From a virus (Duplodnaviria > Caudoviricetes): a stretch of 64,000 nt of DNA. Positions 1 through 6,987 of the stretch are shown piece by piece (the first letter of the stretch is position 1; each line of letters begins with the position of its first letter). A program made the position numbers and the translations under genes. The notes under the pieces were generated by a model. That model was not told where the DNA came from. It worked only from the letters and a program-made list of their open reading frames with translations, and did no database searches. The stretch is taken from positions 476 through 64,475 of IMG/VR virus record IMGVR_UViG_3300025727_000012; one strand, given 5' to 3'.

Positions 1-82
1 TGAGCGTCATTGTCTTGTCTGCTTCGATAAGCTCCGGCGGATGCGCCACGATATCCCCGATTTGAATTTGAATTGGTTCCAT
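1..82 (-). CDS. partial small protein (MEPIQIQIGDIVAH...), SH3/KOW-like start, runs off window
   Basis: ATG at 82 downstream of promoter cassette and RBS (GAAGGGA); frame open to position 1. Confidence 0.7.
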   Translation of the reverse strand, partial: MEPIQIQIGDIVAHPPELIEADKTMTL

Positions 83-110
83 TTGCTTTATCCCTTCGTT
101 GGTTACACTG

Positions 111-140
111 GTTAGACGTGACTGTTCAGAACTTATTCAA
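111..140 (-). promoter_or_regulatory. ECF-like promoter copy 1
   Basis: TTGAATA-AGTTCTGAACAGTCA-CGTCTAAC. Confidence 0.8.
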
Positions 141-159
141 ACTTTGTTTAACTTTTATT

Positions 160-441
160 TTAATGTGTCCAACAAACGTTAACCATTTTGCAATCATTGC
201 CAAGCTCTGGTAGCTCGTTGGCTTGAATACAGTCGGCTCGGTCTTGCTCCCCTGCAAAGTCACACAAGATATGGACGGACTCGAAACACTCTCGACCATC
301 ATCACCGATACAGAATGACCTAGTGTGACTGTATCTAGTGTCGGTCACTAAGCAAACTTGGTCTTCAAAGTCTGGGTTGTGCTCTACTAGTTCGCCACAT
401 CCGATTGTAGCTAAAATCGCCATCAAAATTAATGCTCTCAT
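160..441 (-). CDS. Cys-rich lipoprotein
   Basis: lipobox-like LATIGC signal, multiple Cys, RBS AAGGAG. Confidence 0.7.
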   Translation of the reverse strand: MRALILMAILATIGCGELVEHNPDFEDQVCLVTDTRYSHTRSFCIGDDGRECFESVHILCDFAGEQDRADCIQANELPELGNDCKMVNVCWTH

Positions 442-466
442 TGCCTTCTCCTTGTTGGTTACACTA

Positions 467-496
467 GTAAGACGTGACCGTTCAAAACTTATTCAA
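467..496 (-). promoter_or_regulatory. ECF-like promoter copy 2
   Basis: TTGAATA-N15-CGTCTTAC. Confidence 0.8.
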
Positions 497-503
497 ACTT
501 TCT

Positions 504-710
504 TTAATTTAACCATCGAGTGTTTGATTCTGCTTTGATACGCTTGATTAAGTCTGCATCCAAAATCATCTCGATTTGACGGTAGTGGATTGTACCGTTG
601 ACATCATCCCATAAATCAGATACTGGCTGATGCCCTGTTACGCTAGCACGCTCTAACCTGTTCTCAAACTCTACTGACAAAAGGTTGCTTAACTCGTTGT
701 ACTGGCTCAT
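504..710 (-). CDS. hypothetical protein
   Basis: ORF directly after promoter copy 3 and RBS. Confidence 0.75.
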   Translation of the reverse strand: MSQYNELSNLLSVEFENRLERASVTGHQPVSDLWDDVNGTIHYRQIEMILDADLIKRIKAESNTRWLN

Positions 711-738
711 TTGCTTTATCCCTTCGTTGGTTACACTA

Positions 739-768
739 GTAAGACGCAGAGCATTTAATTCTATTCAA
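739..768 (-). promoter_or_regulatory. ECF-like promoter copy 3
   Basis: TTGAATA-N15-CGTCTTAC; flanks identical to copy 1. Confidence 0.8.
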
Positions 769-787
769 ACTTTGTTTAACTTTTATT

Positions 788-868
788 TTAATACATCGCC
801 ATCATCAATATCATCATCGCGCCAATCATAGCTAGCGCGATCGCTCCAAGTGTATCGTCTAGGTTCAT
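788..868 (-). CDS. 26-aa Met-rich membrane peptide (MNLDDTLGAIALAMIGAMMILMMAMY)
   Basis: ATGA overlap with upstream stop; hydrophobic; fills the gap exactly. Confidence 0.55.
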   Translation of the reverse strand: MNLDDTLGAIALAMIGAMMILMMAMY

Positions 869-1149
869 GATGCCTGCTCCAATAGTTGTTTGCATTCCGC
901 TTGAATAGTCTTGGCTTGCTCCAATAGGCTTTCAGCATTGCCCTTGATGCCTAGTTGTTTTCGTGCCATTGTAGTACCTTTAGGTAACCCGCGTGAGAGC
1001 TTCATGTCAAATTTTATTTGCATATCTAGTGCACTGATTATGCACTGCAAAGCCGCTAGATCAACTTGGTTGAAAGACGGGTGTCCAGCAAAATCGTGCC
1101 ACCATTCAAAATCAGATCGCAAATGTCGTAAGTCTCTTAGATTCATCAT
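865..1149 (-). CDS. hypothetical protein
   Basis: after promoter copy 4, RBS AAGGAG. Confidence 0.75.
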   Translation of the reverse strand: MMNLRDLRHLRSDFEWWHDFAGHPSFNQVDLAALQCIISALDMQIKFDMKLSRGLPKGTTMARKQLGIKGNAESLLEQAKTIQAECKQLLEQAS

Positions 1150-1177
1150 GTTGTCTCTCCTTGTGTTGGTTCTGTTG

Positions 1178-1207
1178 GTTAGACGCAGGCCTTCTAATTC
1201 TATTCAA
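1178..1207 (-). promoter_or_regulatory. ECF-like promoter copy 4
   Basis: TTGAATA-N15-CGTCTAAC. Confidence 0.8.
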
Positions 1208-1218
1208 ACTTTATTTAA

Positions 1219-1530
1219 TTAATCGGTTTTTGCAAAATCTATTTGTGCTGATGTTAGGGTGCCCGAACTGACTAGCGGTCTTCGAGCATTTATTTTTAGC
1301 CAAATTTCTGAACAAAACACTTTTTTGTTCAGACCGGGATGTCTTCGAGTTTCTTGGCGTATCATTCCGAGTTCATAAACGAAGTGCTGATTGGTGATGA
1401 TACCGTCATCCATCGCTCGCTTCAGCGCGATTAAGCGCTCTCTGTAATACTTAACGATTCTTTCTGAATTGCTTTTTACGTAGTCTTCACTATCAAAAAT
1501 TGGCTCAAACGTATATACCACTTGCTTCAT
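1219..1530 (-). CDS. hypothetical protein
   Basis: after promoter copy 5, RBS AAGGAG. Confidence 0.75.
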   Translation of the reverse strand: MKQVVYTFEPIFDSEDYVKSNSERIVKYYRERLIALKRAMDDGIITNQHFVYELGMIRQETRRHPGLNKKVFCSEIWLKINARRPLVSSGTLTSAQIDFAKTD

Positions 1531-1559
1531 CGCAATATCTCCTTGTCTTGGTTACACTG

Positions 1560-1589
1560 GTTAGACGTGGCTGCTCAAAACTTATTCAA
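1560..1589 (-). promoter_or_regulatory. ECF-like promoter copy 5
   Basis: TTGAATA-N15-CGTCTAAC. Confidence 0.8.
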
Positions 1590-1613
1590 ACTTTATTTAC
1601 CGACCTCAACAAT

Positions 1614-1832
1614 TTATTCAGGTACGCGACGGTTCCAGCGCATACTTTCCTGTCCCCACCATTCATGACCTCTAGATTTGAGAAAACCTTCCAAAGCCGT
1701 CCGATCCTTGTTGACAAAGAAGATATCACCACACTTTGCGATGTAATACCCCTTCTTTCCATTGGTCTTAAACTGAATACGGAAGCTCAAAGACAAGCCT
1801 GGGACTACCTCCACTGTGTTGGATTTTATCAT
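1614..1832 (-). CDS. hypothetical protein
   Basis: after promoter copy 6, RBS AAGGA. Confidence 0.7.
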   Translation of the reverse strand: MIKSNTVEVVPGLSLSFRIQFKTNGKKGYYIAKCGDIFFVNKDRTALEGFLKSRGHEWWGQESMRWNRRVPE

Positions 1833-1859
1833 CTTATTATCCTTTGGTTGGTTCTATTG

Positions 1860-1889
1860 GTTAGACGTAGGCCTTCTAATTCTATTCAA
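1860..1889 (-). promoter_or_regulatory. ECF-like promoter copy 6
   Basis: TTGAATA-N15-CGTCTAAC. Confidence 0.8.
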
Positions 1890-1901
1890 ACTTTATTTAA
1901 C

Positions 1902-2007
1902 AAAAATACAAAAGCATTAGCATATCAATGAGTTAGTGTGCAATAACCGTCAACTATTTTAAATTTAAATAAATTGGTGTACGATATGCCAACGCTTTTG
2001 TATTTTT
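1902..2007. repeat. 25-bp inverted repeat with 56-nt loop
   Basis: 1902-1926 aaaaatacaaaagcattagcatatc vs 1983-2007 gatatgccaacgcttttgtattttt; 2 mismatches, both G-U in minus-strand RNA. Confidence 0.85.
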
Positions 2008-2008
2008 A

Positions 2009-2290
2009 TTATTCTCCCCTTGGTTGTCGTAAGTTATCGATATGAACGTGAGCCACTTCTCGCGAGTCAAGTCCAAACAAGATACATTTAAATACATCGC
2101 CCTCGGTGATGTGTTCGAGGTGGCGCTTCTTACCCTGCGAGCAGAGAAACGTGTCGGTTCGTTTCGACTCTCGCATAATATATGCGAGGCGTCCATGATC
2201 TTTGATTCTAGCATCATCATCTGTACGGATTGCGAAAGCATCCCAAAGTTGTACGAGTTCGCCGTTCTTAGGTTTCCAGATGTTATCCAT
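2009..2290 (-). CDS. small SH3/KOW-like protein
   Basis: KNGELV start motif; after promoter copy 7. Confidence 0.65.
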   Translation of the reverse strand: MDNIWKPKNGELVQLWDAFAIRTDDDARIKDHGRLAYIMRESKRTDTFLCSQGKKRHLEHITEGDVFKCILFGLDSREVAHVHIDNLRQPRGE

Positions 2291-2318
2291 TTTTATTCCC
2301 TTTTCGTTGGTTCTGTCT

Positions 2319-2349
2319 GTATGACGTAAAGGTTATTGGTTTTATTCAC
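2319..2349 (-). promoter_or_regulatory. ECF-like promoter copy 7 (variant, 16-nt spacer)
   Basis: GTGAATA-N16-CGTCATAC, followed by AACCAAC. Confidence 0.65.
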
Positions 2350-2398
2350 TGTTAAGGAAAAAAATCCCGCAAAAAAAATCGCGAAATCGGGTAAAATC

Positions 2399-2638
2399 TC
2401 AAACTTCGCTTGTATTTCCATCACTTACGATGAAATTGGCTTCGCATTCCACTGAATCTCCATCGTCATTCATAACTTCCATCTTTGTGACCGCTAACTC
2501 CAAATGATCCTTGACAAGTTGATCAACAATCGACACTAGATCCTGCTCGATGTCGATACCGTCTAAGCTCTCGTTAGACTTGAACATAACGGAAAGGTCG
2601 AGTGTGACCTTGTAATCAATTTGCAATTCGTTTTTCAT
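2399..2638 (-). CDS. acidic hypothetical protein (MKNELQIDY...); frame open upstream to TTG at 2806
   Basis: start re-assigned from ORF 2399..2947 using promoter copy 8 and RBS. Confidence 0.65.
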   Translation of the reverse strand: MKNELQIDYKVTLDLSVMFKSNESLDGIDIEQDLVSIVDQLVKDHLELAVTKMEVMNDDGDSVECEANFIVSDGNTSEV

Positions 2639-2668
2639 TTTACCATTTCCTTTTTTTTGGTTATGCGG

Positions 2669-2698
2669 GTTAGACGGAGGCGTGCGTTCTATATTCAA
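2669..2698 (-). promoter_or_regulatory. ECF-like promoter copy 8
   Basis: TTGAATA-N15-CGTCTAAC. Confidence 0.75.
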
Positions 2699-2802
2699 AG
2701 AATTTAAAACATTTTGTGTTTTTTTGATTATTTCTTCAATTTCTCGCTCTTCATCGATTGCTTCTTGAAGGTCGTGTTTAAAATCAAATAAGTTGACAAT
2801 CT

Positions 2803-3084
2803 TCAAAGAGCAAAACCTGCTGGCTCGTTGTTCTTTACTTTTTGATTGTACTCGTAAACAATCTTCGGAATATCCCTTGGCGTTAAGTGCCCACCGCAGT
2901 CGCCACCAAGCTCTAGCCAGTTCGTAACATTCCCAAGACCGTTGCAAGGAAAAAGCAAAATCTCCGGTCGCGATGCCTCTGTCGAGTAACTAGCCAACAC
3001 ATAAGGATGGTGCGCCAATGGATTCGTGTCCTTATAGACAATTGCTGTGGCGTGGTGATTTTTCTTAAACCATTCAACTAGCAT
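2803..3084 (-). CDS. hypothetical protein
   Basis: coupled ORF, RBS GGAG. Confidence 0.7.
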   Translation of the reverse strand: MLVEWFKKNHHATAIVYKDTNPLAHHPYVLASYSTEASRPEILLFPCNGLGNVTNWLELGGDCGGHLTPRDIPKIVYEYNQKVKNNEPAGFAL

Positions 3085-3337
3085 TTGATTCTCCCATTAA
3101 TCTTAAATATCTTAAATGACTGCAATAACTGTCAAGGGCTTGGTGCAAAACTTCTTTAATCGTTTCTGGTTCTTCAATTAATCTCAAGATAGTGTGCAAT
3201 GCTTGGTTCTTATCGTATCCACGATGCTTCAATTCGTCAAACACTGCACTCTCTAGCTTTCCTTTCAACGGTGACATCAATTCGGACACCAGCCCGCTGG
3301 CAAGACGATAGCTAGCTTCTTCGTGTGTCTTACGCAT
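3074..3337 (-). CDS. hypothetical helical protein
   Basis: coupled ORF, RBS GGGGAG. Confidence 0.7.
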   Translation of the reverse strand: MRKTHEEASYRLASGLVSELMSPLKGKLESAVFDELKHRGYDKNQALHTILRLIEEPETIKEVLHQALDSYCSHLRYLRLMGESNAS

Positions 3338-3578
3338 TCAATTCTCCCCTTAGATCTTCGATTAAGACTTCTTTTTTCTCTTTGTTGCCATCGAAAGCAT
3401 CGGGCGCAAAGCCGCGCAAGGTGAGCCAATCGTTTAGCTCATCCTTCTTCATTTTGTTGATCTTAGCCACTGACATAAAAACTTTGCTACCGTGTAGTGT
3501 TTCAACGCTGCCGGCGTTGCGTAGACGTGGCTCTCTTAGACTTGGCAATCCGCTAAATTTACTTGTTCCGACTCTCAT
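3330..3578 (-). CDS. hypothetical protein (C-terminal SAP/HeH-like pattern KMKKDELNDWL..RG)
   Basis: after promoter copy 9. Confidence 0.65.
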   Translation of the reverse strand: MRVGTSKFSGLPSLREPRLRNAGSVETLHGSKVFMSVAKINKMKKDELNDWLTLRGFAPDAFDGNKEKKEVLIEDLRGELNA

Positions 3579-3607
3579 TTTTGTATCTTTCTTCGTTGGT
3601 TGTGCTG

Positions 3608-3637
3608 GTTAGACGTGGGCCTTCTAGATCTATTCAA
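3608..3637 (-). promoter_or_regulatory. ECF-like promoter copy 9
   Basis: TTGAATA-N15-CGTCTAAC. Confidence 0.8.
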
Positions 3638-3652
3638 ACTTTATTTAACTTT

Positions 3653-3895
3653 TTATCGGAATGCTCCATTGATTGCAAATTTCTGTTCGTAAAATGTGTT
3701 AACAAAAGTATAACGGCAATCCTCGAAATGCTTCAAAGCTCTGGCTCTTAACTCCTCTGTTGTGAAGTCGTCCCAACTTTCATAAAACACCTCGCCTACC
3801 TTTGTCAAGTGTTCAATCAACATAAACCTTGGCATACCTTCAATCTGTTCTTTGTCCACATAAATTACTTCATCACTGATTGTTGTCATATACAT
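3653..3895 (-). CDS. hypothetical protein, paralog of 4675..4920
   Basis: MYMTT... about half of positions identical by manual alignment. Confidence 0.85.
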   Translation of the reverse strand: MYMTTISDEVIYVDKEQIEGMPRFMLIEHLTKVGEVFYESWDDFTTEELRARALKHFEDCRYTFVNTFYEQKFAINGAFR

Positions 3896-3922
3896 CTTAG
3901 CAACTCCTTGTTAGTTCTGTAG

Positions 3923-3952
3923 GTTGGACGTGAGTTGTTTTAATCTATTCAA
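3923..3952 (-). promoter_or_regulatory. ECF-like promoter copy 10
   Basis: TTGAATA-N15-CGTCCAAC; near-identical to copy 12. Confidence 0.8.
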
Positions 3953-4185
3953 AGTTTTTTATATTCTTTATATGCTAGTTCTTCAAAGTAGATTCTACAC
4001 TCATCGGTCAAAATATCATAGTCAACCGTAAAATGATCGCCTTGGCTATGTATAAGTTGAAGTTTAATGCACTCGATGGTCTTGTCTTCTTCCATCACAT
4101 ATCCCTGTATGCGAACATAGCCAAGCTCTAGCGTGAACATGTCCACCTCAACGGTGGCGGCTTCTATTACTCTCTCTTGTTTCAC
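3949..4185 (-). CDS. hypothetical protein
   Basis: GTG start after promoter copy 11. Confidence 0.7.
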   Translation of the reverse strand: MKQERVIEAATVEVDMFTLELGYVRIQGYVMEEDKTIECIKLQLIHSQGDHFTVDYDILTDECRIYFEELAYKEYKKL

Positions 4186-4213
4186 CCTTAGCCCCTTTGC
4201 GTTAGTTATGCCG

Positions 4214-4243
4214 GTTAGACGGGGCCGTTTAAAACTTATTCAA
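4214..4243 (-). promoter_or_regulatory. ECF-like promoter copy 11
   Basis: TTGAATA-N15-CGTCTAAC. Confidence 0.8.
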
Positions 4244-4274
4244 ACTTTATTTAGCTTTTTTAATTGTTTTAGTT

Positions 4275-4547
4275 TTACCAGTCGGGTCTGCGATTCACTA
4301 TCATAGCTCGGTCAATGTCTCGAATGCCATCCTCCGCCGTTGTTGGGGTTCTGGAACGACTTTCAAATGGTCTCTTTGAAATATCTTCTGACGTTTCAAG
4401 TTTATTAAGAAAGTCAACCAATTGTGTCATACCGCCGCGAGTAAAAACTATTCCATGCGACTGGGACAAGAAAGAGGCAACGTCAAACGCCTCTTGTGCT
4501 CCAATTGGGTCGGTAGTTTGTATCCTTCTTTGTATTTTGTCTTTCAT
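4275..4547 (-). CDS. hypothetical protein
   Basis: coupled to upstream 42-aa ORF. Confidence 0.65.
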   Translation of the reverse strand: MKDKIQRRIQTTDPIGAQEAFDVASFLSQSHGIVFTRGGMTQLVDFLNKLETSEDISKRPFESRSRTPTTAEDGIRDIDRAMIVNRRPDW

Positions 4548-4679
4548 ACTTACCCCATTTCAATAACTTCAAATCGTCCGTCGGGTCGTTTCCAGATGAG
4601 TAAATTTCCAATGCCATCCATATGTTCAACATACTGTAGGGCTTGTAGTTCTGTCAAGAGTAATTTAACGACTTTCATT
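4543..4679. repeat. ~137-bp direct repeat, copy A (copy B at 5370..5506)
   Basis: 6 mismatches between copies, all transitions. Confidence 0.95.
4550..4678 (-). CDS. 42-aa protein MKVVKLLLTELQALQYVEHMDGIGNLLIWKRPDGRFEVIEMG, duplicated
   Basis: manual translation; intact in both repeat copies. Confidence 0.75.
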   Translation of the reverse strand: MKVVKLLLTELQALQYVEHMDGIGNLLIWKRPDGRFEVIEMG

Positions 4680-4920
4680 TTAAACTCCAAGCGGTAATAG
4701 CTTCTTTCTGCTCGTAATATCTATTCACAAAAATGTTCCGACACTCCTCGAAATGATCAAGCGCACGCTCACGTAAGGTTGACTCATAAAAGTCAACTAA
4801 CTCTTCCGTAAAAAGTTCGCCAACGAGGTTTAGGTGCTCGAATAGCTGGTCGCGGTTCATACAGGCGATGTCGCTTTCTTTGACGTAAACGATGTCGTCA
4901 TCAACAGTCGTCATATACAT
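4675..4920 (-). CDS. hypothetical protein, paralog of 3653..3895
   Basis: start at MYMTT after RBS AAGGAG and promoter copy 12. Confidence 0.85.
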   Translation of the reverse strand: MYMTTVDDDIVYVKESDIACMNRDQLFEHLNLVGELFTEELVDFYESTLRERALDHFEECRNIFVNRYYEQKEAITAWSLK

Positions 4921-4947
4921 TCTAGTAACTCCTTGTTGGTTCTGTAG

Positions 4948-4977
4948 GTTAGACGTGAGTTGTTTTAATCTATTCAA
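4948..4977 (-). promoter_or_regulatory. ECF-like promoter copy 12
   Basis: TTGAATA-N15-CGTCTAAC. Confidence 0.8.
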
Positions 4978-4988
4978 AGTTTATTTGA

Positions 4989-5342
4989 TTAATCATCACC
5001 AAATACTTTATCACGATTGGACAACGATACCAAAGCGTTCAAACACTGTTCTGCCAATGCGATGTCCTCTAAGATCCCGTTTGCTTTCTTTGCAAATCCA
5101 CGCATAAAAATCTCTTCACACCCGCAATATGGGCTATCTGTCATCCCTAGGGGGAGGTTACCTTCGCTGAACATCTTGTCAAAGCTCCGGCGAAGGCTTG
5201 CGATTTTATTGCCATAATAGTGCTCCATACCCTCAATTGCTTCGTCTGCACACATTCTTTCGTACTCGTTTTCGGTGTAGGCGCGTTTAAACGATGAAAC
5301 CCATTTACCTTCAGTATTCTGCGTATTGTACATACCGCTCAT
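4989..5342 (-). CDS. hypothetical protein
   Basis: 117-aa ORF in co-directional run. Confidence 0.7.
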   Translation of the reverse strand: MSGMYNTQNTEGKWVSSFKRAYTENEYERMCADEAIEGMEHYYGNKIASLRRSFDKMFSEGNLPLGMTDSPYCGCEEIFMRGFAKKANGILEDIALAEQCLNALVSLSNRDKVFGDD

Positions 5343-5369
5343 ATTGTAACCTTTTCTTTAAATTTGTTG

Positions 5370-5506
5370 TTCATACTTACCCCATTTCAATAACTTCAAA
5401 TCGTCCGTCGAGTCGTTTCCAGATGAGTAAATTTCCAATGCCATCCATATATTCAACATACTGTAAGGCTTGTAACTCTGTCAAGAATAATTTAACGACT
5501 TTCATT
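5370..5506. repeat. ~137-bp direct repeat, copy B
   Basis: matches 4543..4679. Confidence 0.95.
5377..5505 (-). CDS. 42-aa protein, second copy (MKVVKLFLTELQALQYVEYMDGIGNLLIWKRLDGRFEVIEMG)
   Basis: manual translation; RBS GGAG. Confidence 0.75.
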   Translation of the reverse strand: MKVVKLFLTELQALQYVEYMDGIGNLLIWKRLDGRFEVIEMG

Positions 5507-5662
5507 CAATCTCTCCAGGTTTCGGGGACGACACAACTGCTTTCTATTCCTACGTTCTTCATTCCATAGGACCAAATAATCACCGAAGTCGTCACTCCCT
5601 ACAATAATGCCTGTCAAGTCTAATGAACCCTGACGATACCTTACCAAATCACCGACTTTCAT
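5492..5662 (-). CDS. 56-aa SH3/KOW-like protein (MKVGDLVRY...)
   Basis: manual translation; RBS AAGGAG; after promoter copy 13. Confidence 0.75.
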   Translation of the reverse strand: MKVGDLVRYRQGSLDLTGIIVGSDDFGDYLVLWNEERRNRKQLCRPRNLERLNESR

Positions 5663-5687
5663 CTTGTTCTCCTTGTTGGTTCTGTAG

Positions 5688-5717
5688 GTTAGACGTGGGC
5701 CCTTTGGATATATTCAA
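5688..5717 (-). promoter_or_regulatory. ECF-like promoter copy 13
   Basis: TTGAATA-N15-CGTCTAAC. Confidence 0.8.
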
Positions 5718-5733
5718 AAACTATTTTGTCTTT

Positions 5734-5844
5734 TTAGTTAAAACTTAAAAGTCCATAAACCAATACGATATAAGTTGTGGCGATTAACACACCAATCAAA
5801 CAATCTTTCAGATTAAATTTATATTCTATCAAAGATCTGTTCAT
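5734..5844 (-). CDS. 36-aa membrane peptide
   Basis: MNRSLIEYKFNLKDCLIGVLIATTYIVLVYGLLSFN; RBS AAGGA. Confidence 0.55.
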   Translation of the reverse strand: MNRSLIEYKFNLKDCLIGVLIATTYIVLVYGLLSFN

Positions 5845-5845
5845 C

Positions 5846-6139
5846 TTATTGTCCTTTTCGTTGATTGTGATATGGATTCAGGTCACAAATTGGTTTGGCT
5901 GACAAGAAGTCTTCATTATAACCCATAGCCATGTACAACCCAGGGTTTTGATACGACATCTTCTCAAGTGCTCGCCAAGCCTTAGCCTTAAACCCTTCAA
6001 TTGCGATAACTCTTTGGTAAATGTCAGGGCTTGAACCGCAGACTTCTGCTAGTAACTTCATAGAGCTAGACATCTGCTCGTAACTACTATTACGTGGAGC
6101 AACACCATCCCAAATTCTCTGTGCGATCAATTCATACAT
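5846..6139 (-). CDS. hypothetical protein
   Basis: RBS AAGGAG. Confidence 0.75.
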   Translation of the reverse strand: MYELIAQRIWDGVAPRNSSYEQMSSSMKLLAEVCGSSPDIYQRVIAIEGFKAKAWRALEKMSYQNPGLYMAMGYNEDFLSAKPICDLNPYHNQRKGQ

Positions 6140-6215
6140 TCTACTCTCCTTTATATATTGTTAACAATTGCCACAGTGATGACTATGATGAAAAAGCCAT
6201 CAATAATGCGCATAC

Positions 6216-6395
6216 TCAAAGCCTTGGTACCGCTAGCTCGCACATCGCAATATTTAGTAGCACAATCTCTCCGCTTGGCTTGATCGCCTTATAGAATCCA
6301 TCGTAAACGCTTTTTTCTGAACTTACAAGCAAATAAACTTCCGGCTTTTTGCTATAGTTTCTCAGTCTTAACAAATCGCCTTTTTTAAATCTCAT
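6216..6395 (-). CDS. 59-aa SH3/KOW-like protein (MRFKKGDLL...)
   Basis: manual translation; RBS GAGG. Confidence 0.6.
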   Translation of the reverse strand: MRFKKGDLLRLRNYSKKPEVYLLVSSEKSVYDGFYKAIKPSGEIVLLNIAMCELAVPRL

Positions 6396-6564
6396 TTTTT
6401 CTACCTCTCAGAACCTTAATTCCGACCATGCACTCTACAACCTTGCAACGCATTTCAGACGGCATACTGGACAGCACCTCCTTGCGCTTCTGATCTCCGA
6501 GATCGACGATTTGCTTTGCAATTCTGCGAACGTTCCCCATTGCGAAGTCTTTTTGTAAAGTCAC
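6385..6564 (-). CDS. 59-aa hypothetical protein (MTLQKDFAMGNVRR...)
   Basis: GTG start, RBS AGGGAG. Confidence 0.55.
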   Translation of the reverse strand: MTLQKDFAMGNVRRIAKQIVDLGDQKRKEVLSSMPSEMRCKVVECMVGIKVLRGRKNEI

Positions 6565-6677
6565 GATATAACTCCCTGAAATTGTGTTGCTACCTTTGAC
6601 ACTATATCCATCAGTCCGTGGACACCAATCGCTGCGCCTAAGAAAAATCCAATAGTCACCAAGATAAATTCTTTCAT
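6561..6677 (-). CDS. 38-aa membrane peptide (MKEFILVTIGFFLGAAIGV...)
   Basis: hydrophobic N-terminus; coupled ORF. Confidence 0.55.
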   Translation of the reverse strand: MKEFILVTIGFFLGAAIGVHGLMDIVSKVATQFQGVIS

Positions 6678-6678
6678 T

Positions 6679-6987
6679 CTACCAATCCTCACAAATGTGT
6701 GTTAATCTGCACCCGCTAAACTCTCTTCGCGCCTCGATAGGTGTTACACAACCTGGGCGGACCCAATAAGGGTCACAAATAACCATTGATATAACTCCAG
6801 GGAAGCAATCCGCCTCAGTGTAAGCGTATTCATAGTCATCTGTGTAGCAACCGATTGTATACTCATAACTGTTATCATCATAATAAACCACCGATCCATT
6901 TGCGGGTCTAAATCTAGATTCTGTCTCGACAATACATCCAGATAAAACTACAGTCAATAATAAAAGTAAAAATCTGCTCATACCCAA
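6679..6987 (-). CDS. Cys/Tyr-rich lipoprotein
   Basis: lipobox VLSGC, multiple Cys. Confidence 0.7.
   Translation of the reverse strand: MGMSRFLLLLLTVVLSGCIVETESRFRPANGSVVYYDDNSYEYTIGCYTDDYEYAYTEADCFPGVISMVICDPYWVRPGCVTPIEARREFSGCRLTHICEDW

Noticed and set aside
111-152. GTTAGAC/GTTTAAC as integron attC core sites (GTTRRRY/RYYYAAC)
   Set aside because: Order is reversed relative to attC, there is no internal palindrome and no IntI is in the window; the promoter reading explains spacing and position.
2807-2947. Long N-terminal extensions of track ORFs (also 7534..8754, 13783..14799, 47791..48819, 49971..50774)
   Set aside because: They overlap upstream genes, promoters, a tRNA or a terminator; downstream starts have clear RBSs or coupling.
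4543-5506. 137-bp repeat pair as a DGR template/variable repeat
   Set aside because: The A-containing differences lie on the non-coding strand and are all transitions, one mismatch is not at A, both copies are full ORFs, and no reverse transcriptase is seen.
80-5717. Repeat array as a CRISPR array
   Set aside because: Units are 270-940 bp apart and separated by intact genes; each repeat is two boxes with a variable centre, and no cas genes are present.
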